DNA from: an uncultured bacterium
Lineage (GTDB): Bacteria > Actinomycetota > Acidimicrobiia > Spongiisociales > UBA5794
Reading direction: 5' to 3'
Length of the DNA stretch: 64,000 nt
Assembly: GCA_963801165.1 (NCBI GenBank)
Contig: CAWDDT010000004.1
Location: 640,001-704,000 of the forward strand
This document shows, in pieces, positions 39,337-49,335 of this stretch. Within the stretch, counting starts at the first letter, position 1, and the number at the start of each line of letters is the position of its first letter. The notes beneath the pieces were generated by a model. The model searched no databases and had not been told where the DNA came from. It saw nothing but the letters and a program-made list of their open reading frames with translations. Made by a program: the position numbers and the translations under genes.

Positions 39337-41151
39337 CTAGGTCTGCGCCGACGTGCCCGTCTGCCACGATTGGTATAACCGCTGGTAGACGCCTCCATCC
39401 GCAAGCAGTTCCTCGTGTGTTCCGTCCTGAACCAGTTTGCCGCCGTCGAACACGAGCACCCGGTCCGCCCGTTCCGCCGTCGACATGCGGTGAGCGATGG
39501 TGACAACAGTCCGCCCCGTGGTGAGCTCTCCGAGCGCCCGGTTGATGCGGACCTCGGTCGCAGGATCGACCGCCGAAGTTGCTTCGTCGAGGACGAGCAG
39601 GTCCGGATCGGCTATGGCGGCCCGAACGAGGGTGACCAGCTGGCGTTCTCCTACCGAGAGCGCTCCGCCCCGCTCGCCGACCGGTGTGTCTATCCCCTCG
39701 GTCAGCTCGTCGAGCCAGTCTCCCAGCCCGAGCCGGTGGAACTCGGCGCCCAGTTCGGCGTTGCTGGCATCGGGGTTGCCCATGCGCACGTTGTCACCAA
39801 TCGTGCCCCGGAACAGCATGCCCTCTTGCGGAACCATCACAACCCGATCCCGCAACGAATCGAACCGGACGGTGCGTAGGTCGGCGCCACCCACCTCAAC
39901 CCATCCCTCACTCGGATCCATCAATCTGGTTAGGAGCTTGGCGAAGGTCGTCTTACCCGACCCGGTTTCGCCGACCACGGCTACGCGACTCCTGGGAGCG
40001 ATGTCGATTGTGAGGTCTGCGAGGGCGGCCGGCCCGGTGGCGTCGGCGGCAATCTCCCCACTCATGGGATAGCGGAAGGTCACGCCGAAGAAGCTGGCGC
40101 CGACCGGTTCGTGGGGCAGCTCCACCCCGTCCGGTCCCGGGTCGGAGACGTCCGGGGCGATGTCGAGGATGTCGAGCACCCGGCGCCATCCCGCCACCGC
40201 AGTCTGGGCCTCGTTCACCGCCTCGCCGAGCATCTGCATCGGCTGGACGAACAGCTGGACGAGAAACAGGAAGGCAAGAACGGTCCCCACCGAGGTGAGA
40301 TCGTGGACCGCCAGCACCGTCCCGACAACGAGTACTGCCGCCACGACCAAAGCTGAAAGGAGCTCGCCGACTCCTGAGAACGTGGCGGACAGCGAACCGG
40401 CGTAGACGGCTGAGGAGCGATGGTCCTCAATCGCCTCGCCGAGTCGTTCCCTGGTTCGCTCTTCGATTCCGTACGCCCGGATCACCGGTGCCCCCACCAC
40501 CGTCTCGGCGAGCAGGGCCAGCATCCTGCCCACCTTTTCTCGCACGGTGAGAAAGGCCACCTCGAGCCTGGTCTGGAACCACCACATCGTGACCACGATC
40601 AACGGGATCAGGGCGATCACCACGAGACCGAGCAGCGGGGATAGCACCAGCATCACCACCAGCGCCAGCAGCGCCTGCCCACTGTTGACAATCAGCATCA
40701 AACCTGCCCACTGCATGAACCGGCTTATCTGGTCGACGTCCGAGGTCACCCGCGCCACCAGGACCCCGCGCTGTTCCGACGCCTGGTGCAGCATCGATAA
40801 GTCGTGGATGTGTCGGAACGCCCTGATACGCACCCCGGACAGGGCGGTCTCCGAGACCCGGGCCAGCCGGAGGTCCATCCACCCTGTGGCACCTGCGGTG
40901 ATCAGCACCGCCACGAGCGCCACGCCGACCATACGCACCACGAAGCCCATATCGACACCGCCGTTGGAGAGGCCGCGGTCGATGATCTGCTGTATGGCGA
41001 CCGGGACGATGACCCTGCCGGCGGTAGAGACGAGCGCGATGACAATCGTGCCGGCGAGGCCGCGCCGCAGCTCGGGTGAGAGGCTGAGACCGCGCTTGAT
41101 GGTGTCGAGCGCCCCGGTGGCCCGGCCCGGCGTGTCGACGCCGACCGTCAT
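39337..41151 (-). CDS. ABC exporter, fused permease/ATPase (heterodimer partner)
   Basis: TM domain; [17 protein letters not shown] (degenerate signature), VLDEATS. Confidence 0.92.
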   Translation of the reverse strand: MTVGVDTPGRATGALDTIKRGLSLSPELRRGLAGTIVIALVSTAGRVIVPVAIQQIIDRGLSNGGVDMGFVVRMVGVALVAVLITAGATGWMDLRLARVSETALSGVRIRAFRHIHDLSMLHQASEQRGVLVARVTSDVDQISRFMQWAGLMLIVNSGQALLALVVMLVLSPLLGLVVIALIPLIVVTMWWFQTRLEVAFLTVREKVGRMLALLAETVVGAPVIRAYGIEERTRERLGEAIEDHRSSAVYAGSLSATFSGVGELLSALVVAAVLVVGTVLAVHDLTSVGTVLAFLFLVQLFVQPMQMLGEAVNEAQTAVAGWRRVLDILDIAPDVSDPGPDGVELPHEPVGASFFGVTFRYPMSGEIAADATGPAALADLTIDIAPRSRVAVVGETGSGKTTFAKLLTRLMDPSEGWVEVGGADLRTVRFDSLRDRVVMVPQEGMLFRGTIGDNVRMGNPDASNAELGAEFHRLGLGDWLDELTEGIDTPVGERGGALSVGERQLVTLVRAAIADPDLLVLDEATSAVDPATEVRINRALGELTTGRTVVTIAHRMSTAERADRVLVFDGGKLVQDGTHEELLADGGVYQRLYQSWQTGTSAQT

Positions 41152-42989
41152 GTGCCCTCCTCCCGCTCGTAGGCGTCGATCAGCTCGCGGTAGGCCGGCA
41201 ATCGGCGGTACAGCTCATCGTGGGTGCCCCTGTCGATGGCCCGACCGTCTTCGATGTAGATGACCTCGTCGGCAAGGACGATGGAGGAGCGCCGGTAGGC
41301 GACGATGACGACGGTGGTGTCGAGTTCGGCGAGTCCCGCCAGGATCACTCCCTCGACGGAGGGGTCGACCGCCGAGGTGGCGTCGTCGAGGACGAGCAAC
41401 CGGGGACGGCGGACGATGGCGCGGGCGAGCGCAATGCGCTGCCGCTGGCCACCCGACAGGGATGCGCCTCGCTCGCCGACGAGTGTGTAGTACCCGTCGG
41501 GCAGCTCGGCGATGAAGCCGTCGGCCTGGGCCAGCCTGGCGGCGTCGATGACCTCGCCCTTCGGGATCGCCTCCGCAAGGCTGATGTTGTTGAAGACGGT
41601 GTCGTTGAACAGGAATGTCTCCTGAAAGACAAGCGTCACCGACCGGGCCAGCGTCGATCTGTCGAGGTCGAGCAAGCCGTGGCCGTCGAGGCAGATCTCG
41701 CCGCGATCGGGATCGAACAGTCGCACCAGCAGGTGGGCAAACGTCGACTTCCCCGACCCGGTCGGCCCGACCAGCGCGACGGTCTTGCCGGGTGGGACGT
41801 CGAGCGTCACCGATTCAATCCCGCGGCGATCCTCGACTGCCATCTCCGCAGCGGACGTCCTTGTCGTCGCCGACAGGTCGGCGTACTCGGTCTCGGGATA
41901 CAGGTAGCCGACGGTCTCGGCGCGGGCGCCGGCTCCACCAACGGCGGACGACGCCCGGGCGCCGTAAGACACGCTGCCTTTCTCGTTGAGGACGGCATCC
42001 ACCCGGTCCATCCCGACAACGGCACGGGGTAAGTCACCCAGCAGCCAGCCGAAGACGCGCATCGGCAACGCAACGAGCCGGAAGAGGTAGGCGAACGTGA
42101 TGAGCGTGCCCGGAGTGAGGATTCCCTGGTCTACGCGCCAGGCGCCGACCCCGAGCACGGCGAGAATCCCGATGTTGGGGAGAACCTCGATGATCGGGTC
42201 GAAGATGGCGCGCAGGCTCCCCACCTCCACCATGCGGTCCCGCAGCGCATCGGACCGGGCCCCGAAACGGCCCACCTCGGCATCTTCACGACCGAGCGTC
42301 TTGACGACAAGGGCGGCGTCGAAGGACTCGTGGGCGATCTCGGCTACTTCGGCGCGCAAGCGTTGCGCCGTCGCCGCTACGGCCCGCATCTTCCGTTGGT
42401 AGAAGAAGTTGGAGATGAGGATCGCCGGGCCAACCAGGAACCCGATCAGCGCCAGGAAGGGATCGGTGAGGATGAGGAGGACGGCGGTGATGGCGAGCAT
42501 GACTATCACGCCGAACGCCATTGGGAGTGGGGCGGCGACCCACGAGGAGGATTCCACGTCCTCGTTGACATTGGCGAGCAGCTGGCCGGTGGGGTGGCGG
42601 CGGTGCCACTCTATGGGGAGCTCGAGGTAGCGATCCGTGACTTCGATGCGGTCGCGGGCCTGGAGCCGGTACTGAGCGTGATAGGCGCCGAGCCGGCGAA
42701 ACGTAATCCCGATAGCGCGCGCCAACGCCACCCCGACAACGGCGAGCGCAGCACCGACGAGTGTCGAGGTGGCCACTTCGCCCGCCTTGACCGCGGGGAG
42801 CAGCACAGAGTCGGTCACCCATCCGACGACGTATGACGAGACGACCGTCATGGTGGCGAAGAGCACCGTGCCGAGACCGCCTACCGCGAACTCCTTGGTC
42901 GCCCGCCTTAGCTGGCGTGCGATCAACGTGCGTCCTTTGCCGAGCAGCGCGACATCGATCTGATCCGGATCGGGTGTGGAGCCGGCCAT
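41148..42989 (-). CDS. ABC exporter, fused permease/ATPase (heterodimer partner)
   Basis: [24 protein letters not shown] (degenerate catalytic Glu); start at 42989 is coupled to the moeB stop. Confidence 0.92.
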   Translation of the reverse strand: MAGSTPDPDQIDVALLGKGRTLIARQLRRATKEFAVGGLGTVLFATMTVVSSYVVGWVTDSVLLPAVKAGEVATSTLVGAALAVVGVALARAIGITFRRLGAYHAQYRLQARDRIEVTDRYLELPIEWHRRHPTGQLLANVNEDVESSSWVAAPLPMAFGVIVMLAITAVLLILTDPFLALIGFLVGPAILISNFFYQRKMRAVAATAQRLRAEVAEIAHESFDAALVVKTLGREDAEVGRFGARSDALRDRMVEVGSLRAIFDPIIEVLPNIGILAVLGVGAWRVDQGILTPGTLITFAYLFRLVALPMRVFGWLLGDLPRAVVGMDRVDAVLNEKGSVSYGARASSAVGGAGARAETVGYLYPETEYADLSATTRTSAAEMAVEDRRGIESVTLDVPPGKTVALVGPTGSGKSTFAHLLVRLFDPDRGEICLDGHGLLDLDRSTLARSVTLVFQETFLFNDTVFNNISLAEAIPKGEVIDAARLAQADGFIAELPDGYYTLVGERGASLSGGQRQRIALARAIVRRPRLLVLDDATSAVDPSVEGVILAGLAELDTTVVIVAYRRSSIVLADEVIYIEDGRAIDRGTHDELYRRLPAYRELIDAYEREEGT

Positions 42990-44122
42990 CAGCAGTACTG
43001 CGCCTCTTCCCGGAGCGGTGGTGGCTCGTCGCCCCCACACGACTCGCATTCCGGGTTGCGAACCAGACGGACGGTGTGGGTCGTCTGGTCGAGGGCGTCG
43101 TAGGTGAGGAGTCTGCCCAGCAGCGGCTCGCCGATGCCCAGGATGAGCTTCAACACCTCAGCGGCTTGCATGGTCCCGATGATCCCCGGGAGGACCCCGA
43201 ACACGCCAGCCTCTGCGCAACTCGGCGCGAGGTTGGGCGGTGGTGGTTCCGGGAAAACGCACCGGTAGCACGCAGTCTGATACGGAGCGAAGACGCCCAC
43301 CTGACCCTCGAAGCGGAACACGGACCCGTGCACCACCGTGGAGCGGGTGTACATCGAGGCATCGTTGATGAGGTAGCGAGTGGCGAAGCTGTCGGTGCCG
43401 TCCACGATAATGTCGTAGCCGGAGAGGATGTCGATGGCGTTGTCGGCGGACAGACGGGTCACATGGGCCGTCACCGCTACCTCGGGATTGATGTCGTTCA
43501 TCCGCCGTGCCCCGCTGACGGCCTTGGGCTGGCCCTCGTCGCCGGTGCCGTGGAGCACTTGTCGCTGCAGGTTCGACAGTTCGACCACGTCGTCGTCGAC
43601 CAGGCCGAGCGTGCCGATGCCGGCGGCCGCCAGGTACAGGGCCGCGGGCGAGCCCAGCCCACCGGCTCCGATGATGACCACGCGAGCCTTGTTGAGTCGC
43701 TCCTGGCCGGCGATGCCGACCTGGGGGAGAGCGATGTGCCGGGCGTAGCGGTGCCGGGCGGCGTCGCTGAGGTCTGTGTCGGCCACCGTTGGCAACCCGA
43801 GACCCATCCAGCGCCTGATTCCCCCGGCGAGAGAGGCAACGCGGCGATACCCGGCATCCTCGAGTTGGGCGGCGACGATGGCGGATCGCTCGCCGACCGC
43901 GCAATAGAGGACGATCGGGGTGTCGTGGTCGGGGGCGACTTCTGCGATGCGGGCTGCTATCTGTGCCATCGGGATGGAGATCGCCCCGGGGAGGAGCCCG
44001 ATAGCCAGTTCCCGCGGTTCGCGCACGTCAATCAGCGTCACCACGCTGGTGTCGAAACCATCGGGAGAGACTTGTGTGACCCGTTCCCGGGCTGCGGCGA
44101 GGAGGCGTCGATACTCGTCCAT
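42989..44122 (-). CDS. moeB: MoeB/ThiF-family adenylyltransferase with N-terminal rhodanese domain
   Basis: IDVRE, YCAVGERS rhodanese; RYARHI, GAGGLGSP, SNLQRQ, CYRC, SCAEAGV, CESC. Confidence 0.88.
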   Translation of the reverse strand: MDEYRRLLAAARERVTQVSPDGFDTSVVTLIDVREPRELAIGLLPGAISIPMAQIAARIAEVAPDHDTPIVLYCAVGERSAIVAAQLEDAGYRRVASLAGGIRRWMGLGLPTVADTDLSDAARHRYARHIALPQVGIAGQERLNKARVVIIGAGGLGSPAALYLAAAGIGTLGLVDDDVVELSNLQRQVLHGTGDEGQPKAVSGARRMNDINPEVAVTAHVTRLSADNAIDILSGYDIIVDGTDSFATRYLINDASMYTRSTVVHGSVFRFEGQVGVFAPYQTACYRCVFPEPPPPNLAPSCAEAGVFGVLPGIIGTMQAAEVLKLILGIGEPLLGRLLTYDALDQTTHTVRLVRNPECESCGGDEPPPLREEAQYC

Positions 44123-44210
44123 TGTCGGCTCACCGTAGCGTGACCAAGCGACGTGTGAGACCGGTCAGCCTGAATCCACGGTTGCAGATTGTCGGATTGG
44201 CTCGCTCATC

Positions 44211-44224
44211 CCGCCAATTGGCGG
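44211..44224. other. Perfect 14-bp palindrome CCGCCAATTGGCGG between the sirtuin and moeB (operator or terminator stem)
   Basis: Directly visible inverted repeat in intergenic DNA. Confidence 0.4.
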
Positions 44225-44276
44225 TTGAGATGATGGTGTCTGCACCTTCTCTGTGAACCGGCCAATAGCGCCGGGC

Positions 44277-45032
44277 TCAGCGGATGATGGCACCCACGAG
44301 CAGGGGGAACACGGTCCCCGCCATGCCGTCGAGCCGGATCGATGCGACACTGTCCAGATCGGTTGGGGCGTTGTTGATGATGACGAAGACGCTACCCCTG
44401 GCCGCGATCTCGAGCGGGATGTAAGCAGCCGGATAGACCGAGAGACTCGATCCGATGGCGACCACCGCATCTGCTTCCGCGGCCCATTCCTCAGCCAGAC
44501 GCAGCTCCTTCTCCGGGAGCACCTCACCGAAGAACACGATCGTCGACTTGAGGATGCCACCGCAAACGTCGCAATGAGGGTCGAGGTCGCCGTTGGCCCA
44601 CCGCCGCTCGATCTCGGCGGGATCGTACGCGGTCTCGCATTGCACACAGGCGATCCCGTCGCTGTTGCCGTGCAACTCGGCGACGGCGTCCTGGGGGAGA
44701 CCGGCTGCCTGGTGAAGGCCGTCGATGTTCTGGGTGACACAACCGACCAGCCGTCCCGCCTTCCACAGGTCGGTGACAGCGAAGTGGGCTGCATTCGGTT
44801 GGGCGTTTCCGAACATCTTGGGAAAGCGCCTCTGCCAGGCGCGTTGACGTGCCGCGGGGTCACGAATATAGCGATCGAGCTGGAAATCCTCGGGGGACAG
44901 CTTGGTCCAGATGCCGTCCGTACCCCGGAAATCGGGGAGACCGGACTCGGTGGAGATTCCCGCGCCGGTGAAGACCAAGATCCTCTTGGCGTCGAGCAGG
45001 AGGCGAGCTGCGTAGGCGAGATCCTGGCTCAT
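44277..45032 (-). CDS. Sir2/CobB family NAD-dependent protein deacylase (second copy)
   Basis: [46 protein letters not shown]. Confidence 0.93.
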   Translation of the reverse strand: MSQDLAYAARLLLDAKRILVFTGAGISTESGLPDFRGTDGIWTKLSPEDFQLDRYIRDPAARQRAWQRRFPKMFGNAQPNAAHFAVTDLWKAGRLVGCVTQNIDGLHQAAGLPQDAVAELHGNSDGIACVQCETAYDPAEIERRWANGDLDPHCDVCGGILKSTIVFFGEVLPEKELRLAEEWAAEADAVVAIGSSLSVYPAAYIPLEIAARGSVFVIINNAPTDLDSVASIRLDGMAGTVFPLLVGAIIR

Positions 45033-45155
45033 TCGCCTACGCTATCAGGTGCTGCGCATCGCTCGAAACCGGAATGGCTCCCGGCTATCGGCATCTATGC
45101 TTCCCACGCCGGGAAAGCTGCTGGATGGGGCCTCGAGATCACCGCGTCTGAGACA

Positions 45156-46628
45156 ATGAATCGACCGAAGAATCTGCGGTTGGCAGGTTGGCGCCGCTGG
45201 CCCGTTGTCGGGGTAGTCCTCACCCTCGTGTTCGGGTTGTTCCATCTTCCCTTCCCGTATCACGGTGACCAGGCGTTGTTTGCGGTCTACGGCCGGATGA
45301 TGGCCAATGGTGACGTGCTGTACCGCGACATGTGGGACGTGAAACAGCCGGGTGTCTTCATGACGTATCGGTTCGTCGGTTTCGTCGGTTTCAGCGAGGT
45401 GGCGATCCACGGCTTCGAACTGCTCCTGCTGCTAAGTGCGGTCGTCGTGGGGATGTACGTGTTGCGCGGGCACTTCAGCCACTCCCTGGCTCTTGGTTCG
45501 CTACCTCTGCTCGCCGTCGGGTTCGTGTACCTGGGGGCCCGTACCAACGAACTGGCGCAGTTGGAGACGTTCACGATTCCGTTTGTTGCGATGGTGGTGT
45601 GGGCGTTGTTCCTCACCAGGACGCGGCCCGTATTCATGTGGTTTGTCGCCGGCCTTTTCGCAGCGCTGGTCGGGTTGTTCAAGTCGTTGCTGGTGATCAT
45701 CCCGGTCGCCCTGATTGTCTTTGCGTGTTTTTCCCGACCAGACAAGAAGCAGCGCGGGTCGCTGCAGCTGCTCGCCGCCGCGCTTGCCGGATTCGTCGTG
45801 CCGGGCCTCGCATTTGTCGTTTGGACGGCGAACCACGATCTCGGGAGCCGGATCTGGTACACGTTTGTCTCCTATCCGCTGCACGCCTCGACCGGTGGTC
45901 TGCGCGACATTGGCAGGCTGATCAAATCAGGGGGAGCTTTCGTGGTGCGGTTTGCACCCTTGCTCGTGCTGGCGTCGGTCCGGGTTCGGCGGCTACTGAC
46001 CGGGGACCGGGACCGGTTCTCGCTTGCCATGGTGGTGTGGTTCCTGGCCGGCTGCGTCACCGTTCTCGCTCAGTTGTGGTGGTCGTACCTGTTTCTCGTT
46101 CTCGTACCACCGCTGGCGATTCTGGCGGCGGAAGGGCTGGACGACCTGCTGGCGCACGGCGCACTGACCAGGCGTTGGACGGTTGCGCTGGCGGTGCTCT
46201 GTCTCCCGGTGGTCGGCTTGTTTGCGCTGAAGGTACTGCCGCTTGTGGCCAACGGGTTTGCTCTCGGCGCAACCAACGCCGAGCAGTACCGTGCCGCGGT
46301 CAGCGAGCCCTATGCGGCCGCTTTGGCTGAGACGGCGTCCGTCGACGTGGCGTCCGACATCTATGTGCTCGGCGACCCGCTCATACTGTATGTCTCCGGT
46401 GCTCGACAGGCGGTGCCGCCGCAGGCGTGGTCGATCGAGGCGTGGGACGACAAGACACGGACCTGGGTCGCTGACTCGCTGAATGGGAGCCCTCCTGCCC
46501 AGGTCTTCGTCTCGACCGATGCGGCTCGGCTGCTCGAGGGCACGGACGTTGCTGCCGCGATTACAGCCGGATTCGACCAGATCCACTCGTCCGATCAGGG
46601 GATCTGGTACCAGCGCCACGAGCAGTGA
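45156..46628 (+). CDS. Polytopic membrane glycosyltransferase (GT-C fold, ArnT/PMT-like)
   Basis: About 12 TM; GDQALF...G.VLYRDMWDVKQPG motif; the 791-aa ORF was trimmed because its 5' part is antisense to the sirtuin. Confidence 0.72.
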   Translation: MNRPKNLRLAGWRRWPVVGVVLTLVFGLFHLPFPYHGDQALFAVYGRMMANGDVLYRDMWDVKQPGVFMTYRFVGFVGFSEVAIHGFELLLLLSAVVVGMYVLRGHFSHSLALGSLPLLAVGFVYLGARTNELAQLETFTIPFVAMVVWALFLTRTRPVFMWFVAGLFAALVGLFKSLLVIIPVALIVFACFSRPDKKQRGSLQLLAAALAGFVVPGLAFVVWTANHDLGSRIWYTFVSYPLHASTGGLRDIGRLIKSGGAFVVRFAPLLVLASVRVRRLLTGDRDRFSLAMVVWFLAGCVTVLAQLWWSYLFLVLVPPLAILAAEGLDDLLAHGALTRRWTVALAVLCLPVVGLFALKVLPLVANGFALGATNAEQYRAAVSEPYAAALAETASVDVASDIYVLGDPLILYVSGARQAVPPQAWSIEAWDDKTRTWVADSLNGSPPAQVFVSTDAARLLEGTDVAAAITAGFDQIHSSDQGIWYQRHEQ

Positions 46629-46653
46629 GACCCGGCGCCGATAGGGCCGGAGA

Positions 46654-47157
46654 TCACCTCCGTGCTTTACACACCCAGTTGCTCGTTCCGCCGTGCTCGA
46701 GAAGCCAGGCGGCCACCGCGATGTTGGCGTAGCCGTCGAACACGTCGGCGCCGGCAAAGCCGGCACGGGCGGCACGCCCTGGCCAAAGACGGGCAAGGTG
46801 CTGGAACAGGCCGCTGGCCGAGCTGTGTGGGTTCTTGGCATTGGGGTCGCCGTGCGATTCGCATTCGATGATCCGGAGCGCCCACTCGACACGGTCCTCC
46901 GGGAAGTACAGGGCAACCACGGGTCGCCACCGTTCCACTTCCCAGGGAAACCGGCCGGTGGCGTTGTCGTACGGCCCGTTGATCTGCACGAGGGCGGCCA
47001 GCGTTTCGGCCTGTGAAGCCTCGGCCTGTGAAGTCAGGTAGGCCTCGCGGGCCGAGCTCATTTCGAGCGTCTCGATGGCGAGGGCGGGTGGGGCAACGGC
47101 GATCAGGGCGATCGCCAGAGCCAGAAATGTGATGGTGATTCTTCTCATAGCACGCAT
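46654..47157 (-). CDS. Secreted lytic transglycosylase (SLT/lysozyme-like) protein
   Basis: Signal peptide; IIECESHGDPNAKNP, ASGLFQ, ANIAVAAWL, C-terminal WVC. Confidence 0.85.
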   Translation of the reverse strand: MRAMRRITITFLALAIALIAVAPPALAIETLEMSSAREAYLTSQAEASQAETLAALVQINGPYDNATGRFPWEVERWRPVVALYFPEDRVEWALRIIECESHGDPNAKNPHSSASGLFQHLARLWPGRAARAGFAGADVFDGYANIAVAAWLLEHGGTSNWVCKARR

Positions 47158-47369
47158 TGGGTAGGGGTCAGTTTCTTGGGGGGGTGGGCACACGCTTGCC
47201 CAAACGAAAAGCCCGACGATTCTCGCCGGGCGGAACGTCAGCATAGGCGGGATGTAGCCGCTATCGGAACCAATCCGCTACCGGGCTGGGTTGACTTGGA
47301 AGGAGAGTGAGCCGCCGTGATCGAGGGCTTGTGGCCTGATGCGCTGTTGCTCGCACCGACGGCGGGACA

Positions 47370-47747
47370 CTACATGCCGGGGTGGGGCTGCCAGAGCTGT
47401 ATACGGTTTCCCTCGGGATCCCAGCAGTGGCCGAACCGGCCGTTGTCATCTTCGAAGGTGACTTCGTCTGTGCGCACGCCCGCCGCACGCAGTTGGGCAA
47501 GCATCTCGTCGAGATCGTCGACCCGGTAGTTGATCACCCACTGGCGGTCGGCCGGCCACTCGAACGCGGTCGTGTCTGCGGGGAATGGCGCCCAGACCGT
47601 GGAACCTCTGACCTCGTCGCCCCACCGCAGGATCACGTATCCATCCGCGTCTACCGGAAGCCCGAGGTGCTCGACATACCATTCGGTCAATGCGGTCGGA
47701 TCCTCAGTCTTGAAGAACACGCCGCCGATCCCGGTCACCTTCGCCAT
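47370..47747 (-). CDS. VOC/glyoxalase family protein
   Basis: VTGIGGVFF, INYRVDDLD, GRFGHCWDPEGNRIQLWQP; GGAGG RBS. Confidence 0.9.
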   Translation of the reverse strand: MAKVTGIGGVFFKTEDPTALTEWYVEHLGLPVDADGYVILRWGDEVRGSTVWAPFPADTTAFEWPADRQWVINYRVDDLDEMLAQLRAAGVRTDEVTFEDDNGRFGHCWDPEGNRIQLWQPHPGM

Positions 47748-47780
47748 ATGCACCTCCCGCTCTCGATCGATGGTACCGAG

Positions 47781-48212
47781 TCACATAGCCGGGTGCTGTC
47801 TCCGCAGGTCCGGGGGAAGGAGCTTCACCTGGATGGTGTTGAGTGCCGGCACCCTGGTGCGGACGAACACGTGCCCGCTGTAGGTGTGGACCAGGCCCAC
47901 CCGCACCAGGACGTGCAGGTGGGTGGGGCGGCGTAGGGAGCGGCCGCGGATTGCGGCGGTGGCGAGTCGGAGCAGGTCGGCGACCGCTCCCGGGCCGATT
48001 GTGGCGGTCCAATAGAGACGAACGTAGGGATGGGTCGTGGTGTAGGTGGTGCCGTCCGGAGCGTCCCAGTCCCAGGGTATGGGGCGGATGATCGCCCGCT
48101 GCCTGGCGGTGGCCCGGACGGGACCAGCGACAGCACCCGGGGGAGGCGCTGGTTCCACAACGGAGGACGGCTTTGTCGTGGTTTCCCCGGGTGCTGCCGT
48201 GTTCTGATCCAT
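47781..48212 (-). CDS. Hypothetical protein, possible winged-helix
   Basis: PYVRLYWTATIGPGAVADLLRL...VRTRVPAL...VKLLPPDLRRQH; AT-rich upstream region. Confidence 0.6.
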   Translation of the reverse strand: MDQNTAAPGETTTKPSSVVEPAPPPGAVAGPVRATARQRAIIRPIPWDWDAPDGTTYTTTHPYVRLYWTATIGPGAVADLLRLATAAIRGRSLRRPTHLHVLVRVGLVHTYSGHVFVRTRVPALNTIQVKLLPPDLRRQHPAM

Positions 48213-48350
48213 GACAAAGTAATAACAGACAATGCTATACAACGTCAATAGGTCTATGTCAGAGTGCGAAAAGACAGCCTGTTTGTGTCTTGATCTACGT
48301 CACCAAGGCTGAGGGCAGAGTGGGGAAGGCACGGACGGAACAAGGGAATT

Positions 48351-48402
48351 CCCTCTCCCTCTGGGAGAGGGAGCCTGGCGAAGCGAAGGTGGCGAGGGCC
48401 TT
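48351..48402. repeat. REP-like palindromic repeat (same family as 13264)
   Basis: CCCTCTCCCTCTGGGAGAGGG...GCGAAGCGAAGGTGGCGAGGGCCTT. Confidence 0.85.
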
Positions 48403-48600
48403 CGCCCTTCGGGTCATGATTGGCGCCGGGCGATCGGCGACAACGCCGGGCTGGTCGATGATCCCGGGTCGCAGTTCACAGATGTGATGGTGCAGCCGCA
48501 ACCCGCTCTTGGCCCGGAGGATCGGGCGCGCGGATTGTGGCCGATCTCGACGCCGCGGGATTCAATCTCGATGTCGTGTTGCGCGACTAGCTTGGCGGCC

Positions 48601-49335
48601 ATGAGCGTTATTGCCGTCCCGTACTTCATGGGCGACCCCATGCCCGGTATCGATGTTCCCGATCCCCACGAGGTCCTCGAGCCGGTGCTGCCCGACGCCG
48701 ACCCACAACACCGGATGGGGATTCTCTATGACCACCTTGCCGCTCGGGTTGCCGCCGACGCCCACCCTGTGGTGTACGCCGGCGACTGTGTCTCTGTCAT
48801 CGGGGTGCTCGCCGGTCTCCAGCGCATGGAGATTGACCCGACGCTGTTGTTCTTTGATGCCCACGGGGACTTCAACACCTGGGAGACCTCGCCGTCGGGG
48901 TTCATCGGGGGCATGCCGCTGGCGATGGTCACCGGGCGCGGGGAGCAGACGATCGTCACCGGTGCCGGGCTCACCCCGCTTTCCGACGAGCGAGTCTTTC
49001 TGGTTGGGGCCCGGGATCTCGATCCGGGAGAGGTAGACGCCCTGGCGAAATCGGCCGTGACCCGGGTGTCTGTCGCCGAGCTCGCTGGTGGTCTCCCCTC
49101 GGGACCGCTGTGTATCCATGTGGACCTCGATGTTGTCGACCCCACAGAGATGCCGGCGATGAACTACCCGGCACCGGGCGGGCCATCTCTCGAGGCCGCG
49201 TGCTCGGTGATGACACAGCTCGCCGCCACCGGCCGCGTCGCCGCGGTCTCATTCTCGTCATGGAACCCGGACCTGCCCGGCGCCGGCGTGGCTGCCGCTG
49301 CCGCTGGCCGGGTAGCGGCGCCGTTCCTCGCCTAG
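48601..49335 (+). CDS. Arginase/ureohydrolase family protein
   Basis: [28 protein letters not shown]; TAGCTT -10 lies 7 nt before the ATG. Confidence 0.85.
   Translation: MSVIAVPYFMGDPMPGIDVPDPHEVLEPVLPDADPQHRMGILYDHLAARVAADAHPVVYAGDCVSVIGVLAGLQRMEIDPTLLFFDAHGDFNTWETSPSGFIGGMPLAMVTGRGEQTIVTGAGLTPLSDERVFLVGARDLDPGEVDALAKSAVTRVSVAELAGGLPSGPLCIHVDLDVVDPTEMPAMNYPAPGGPSLEAACSVMTQLAATGRVAAVSFSSWNPDLPGAGVAAAAAGRVAAPFLA

Noticed and set aside
44165-44245. Short minus-strand peptide (VQTPSSQPPIGGMSEPIRQSATVDSG) as a RiPP precursor for MoeB plus the ABC exporters
   Set aside because: No well-spaced RBS, no C-terminal Asn or GG, and the ABC proteins lack a C39 peptidase domain.
45085-45092. GCCGATAG upstream of the second sirtuin as a sigma28 promoter
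   Set aside because: No -35 match at the correct spacing; a TAGCGT leaderless-type -10 explains the gene better.
44253-45155. 5' part of the 791-aa plus-strand ORF
   Set aside because: It is antisense to the sirtuin gene; only the hydrophobic part from about 45156 looks like a real protein.
47158-47369. c-di-AMP (ydaO) riboswitch upstream of the lytic transglycosylase (also sought before the M23 and CAP genes)
   Set aside because: I could not recognise the conserved ydaO sequence blocks by eye; an Rfam scan would be needed.
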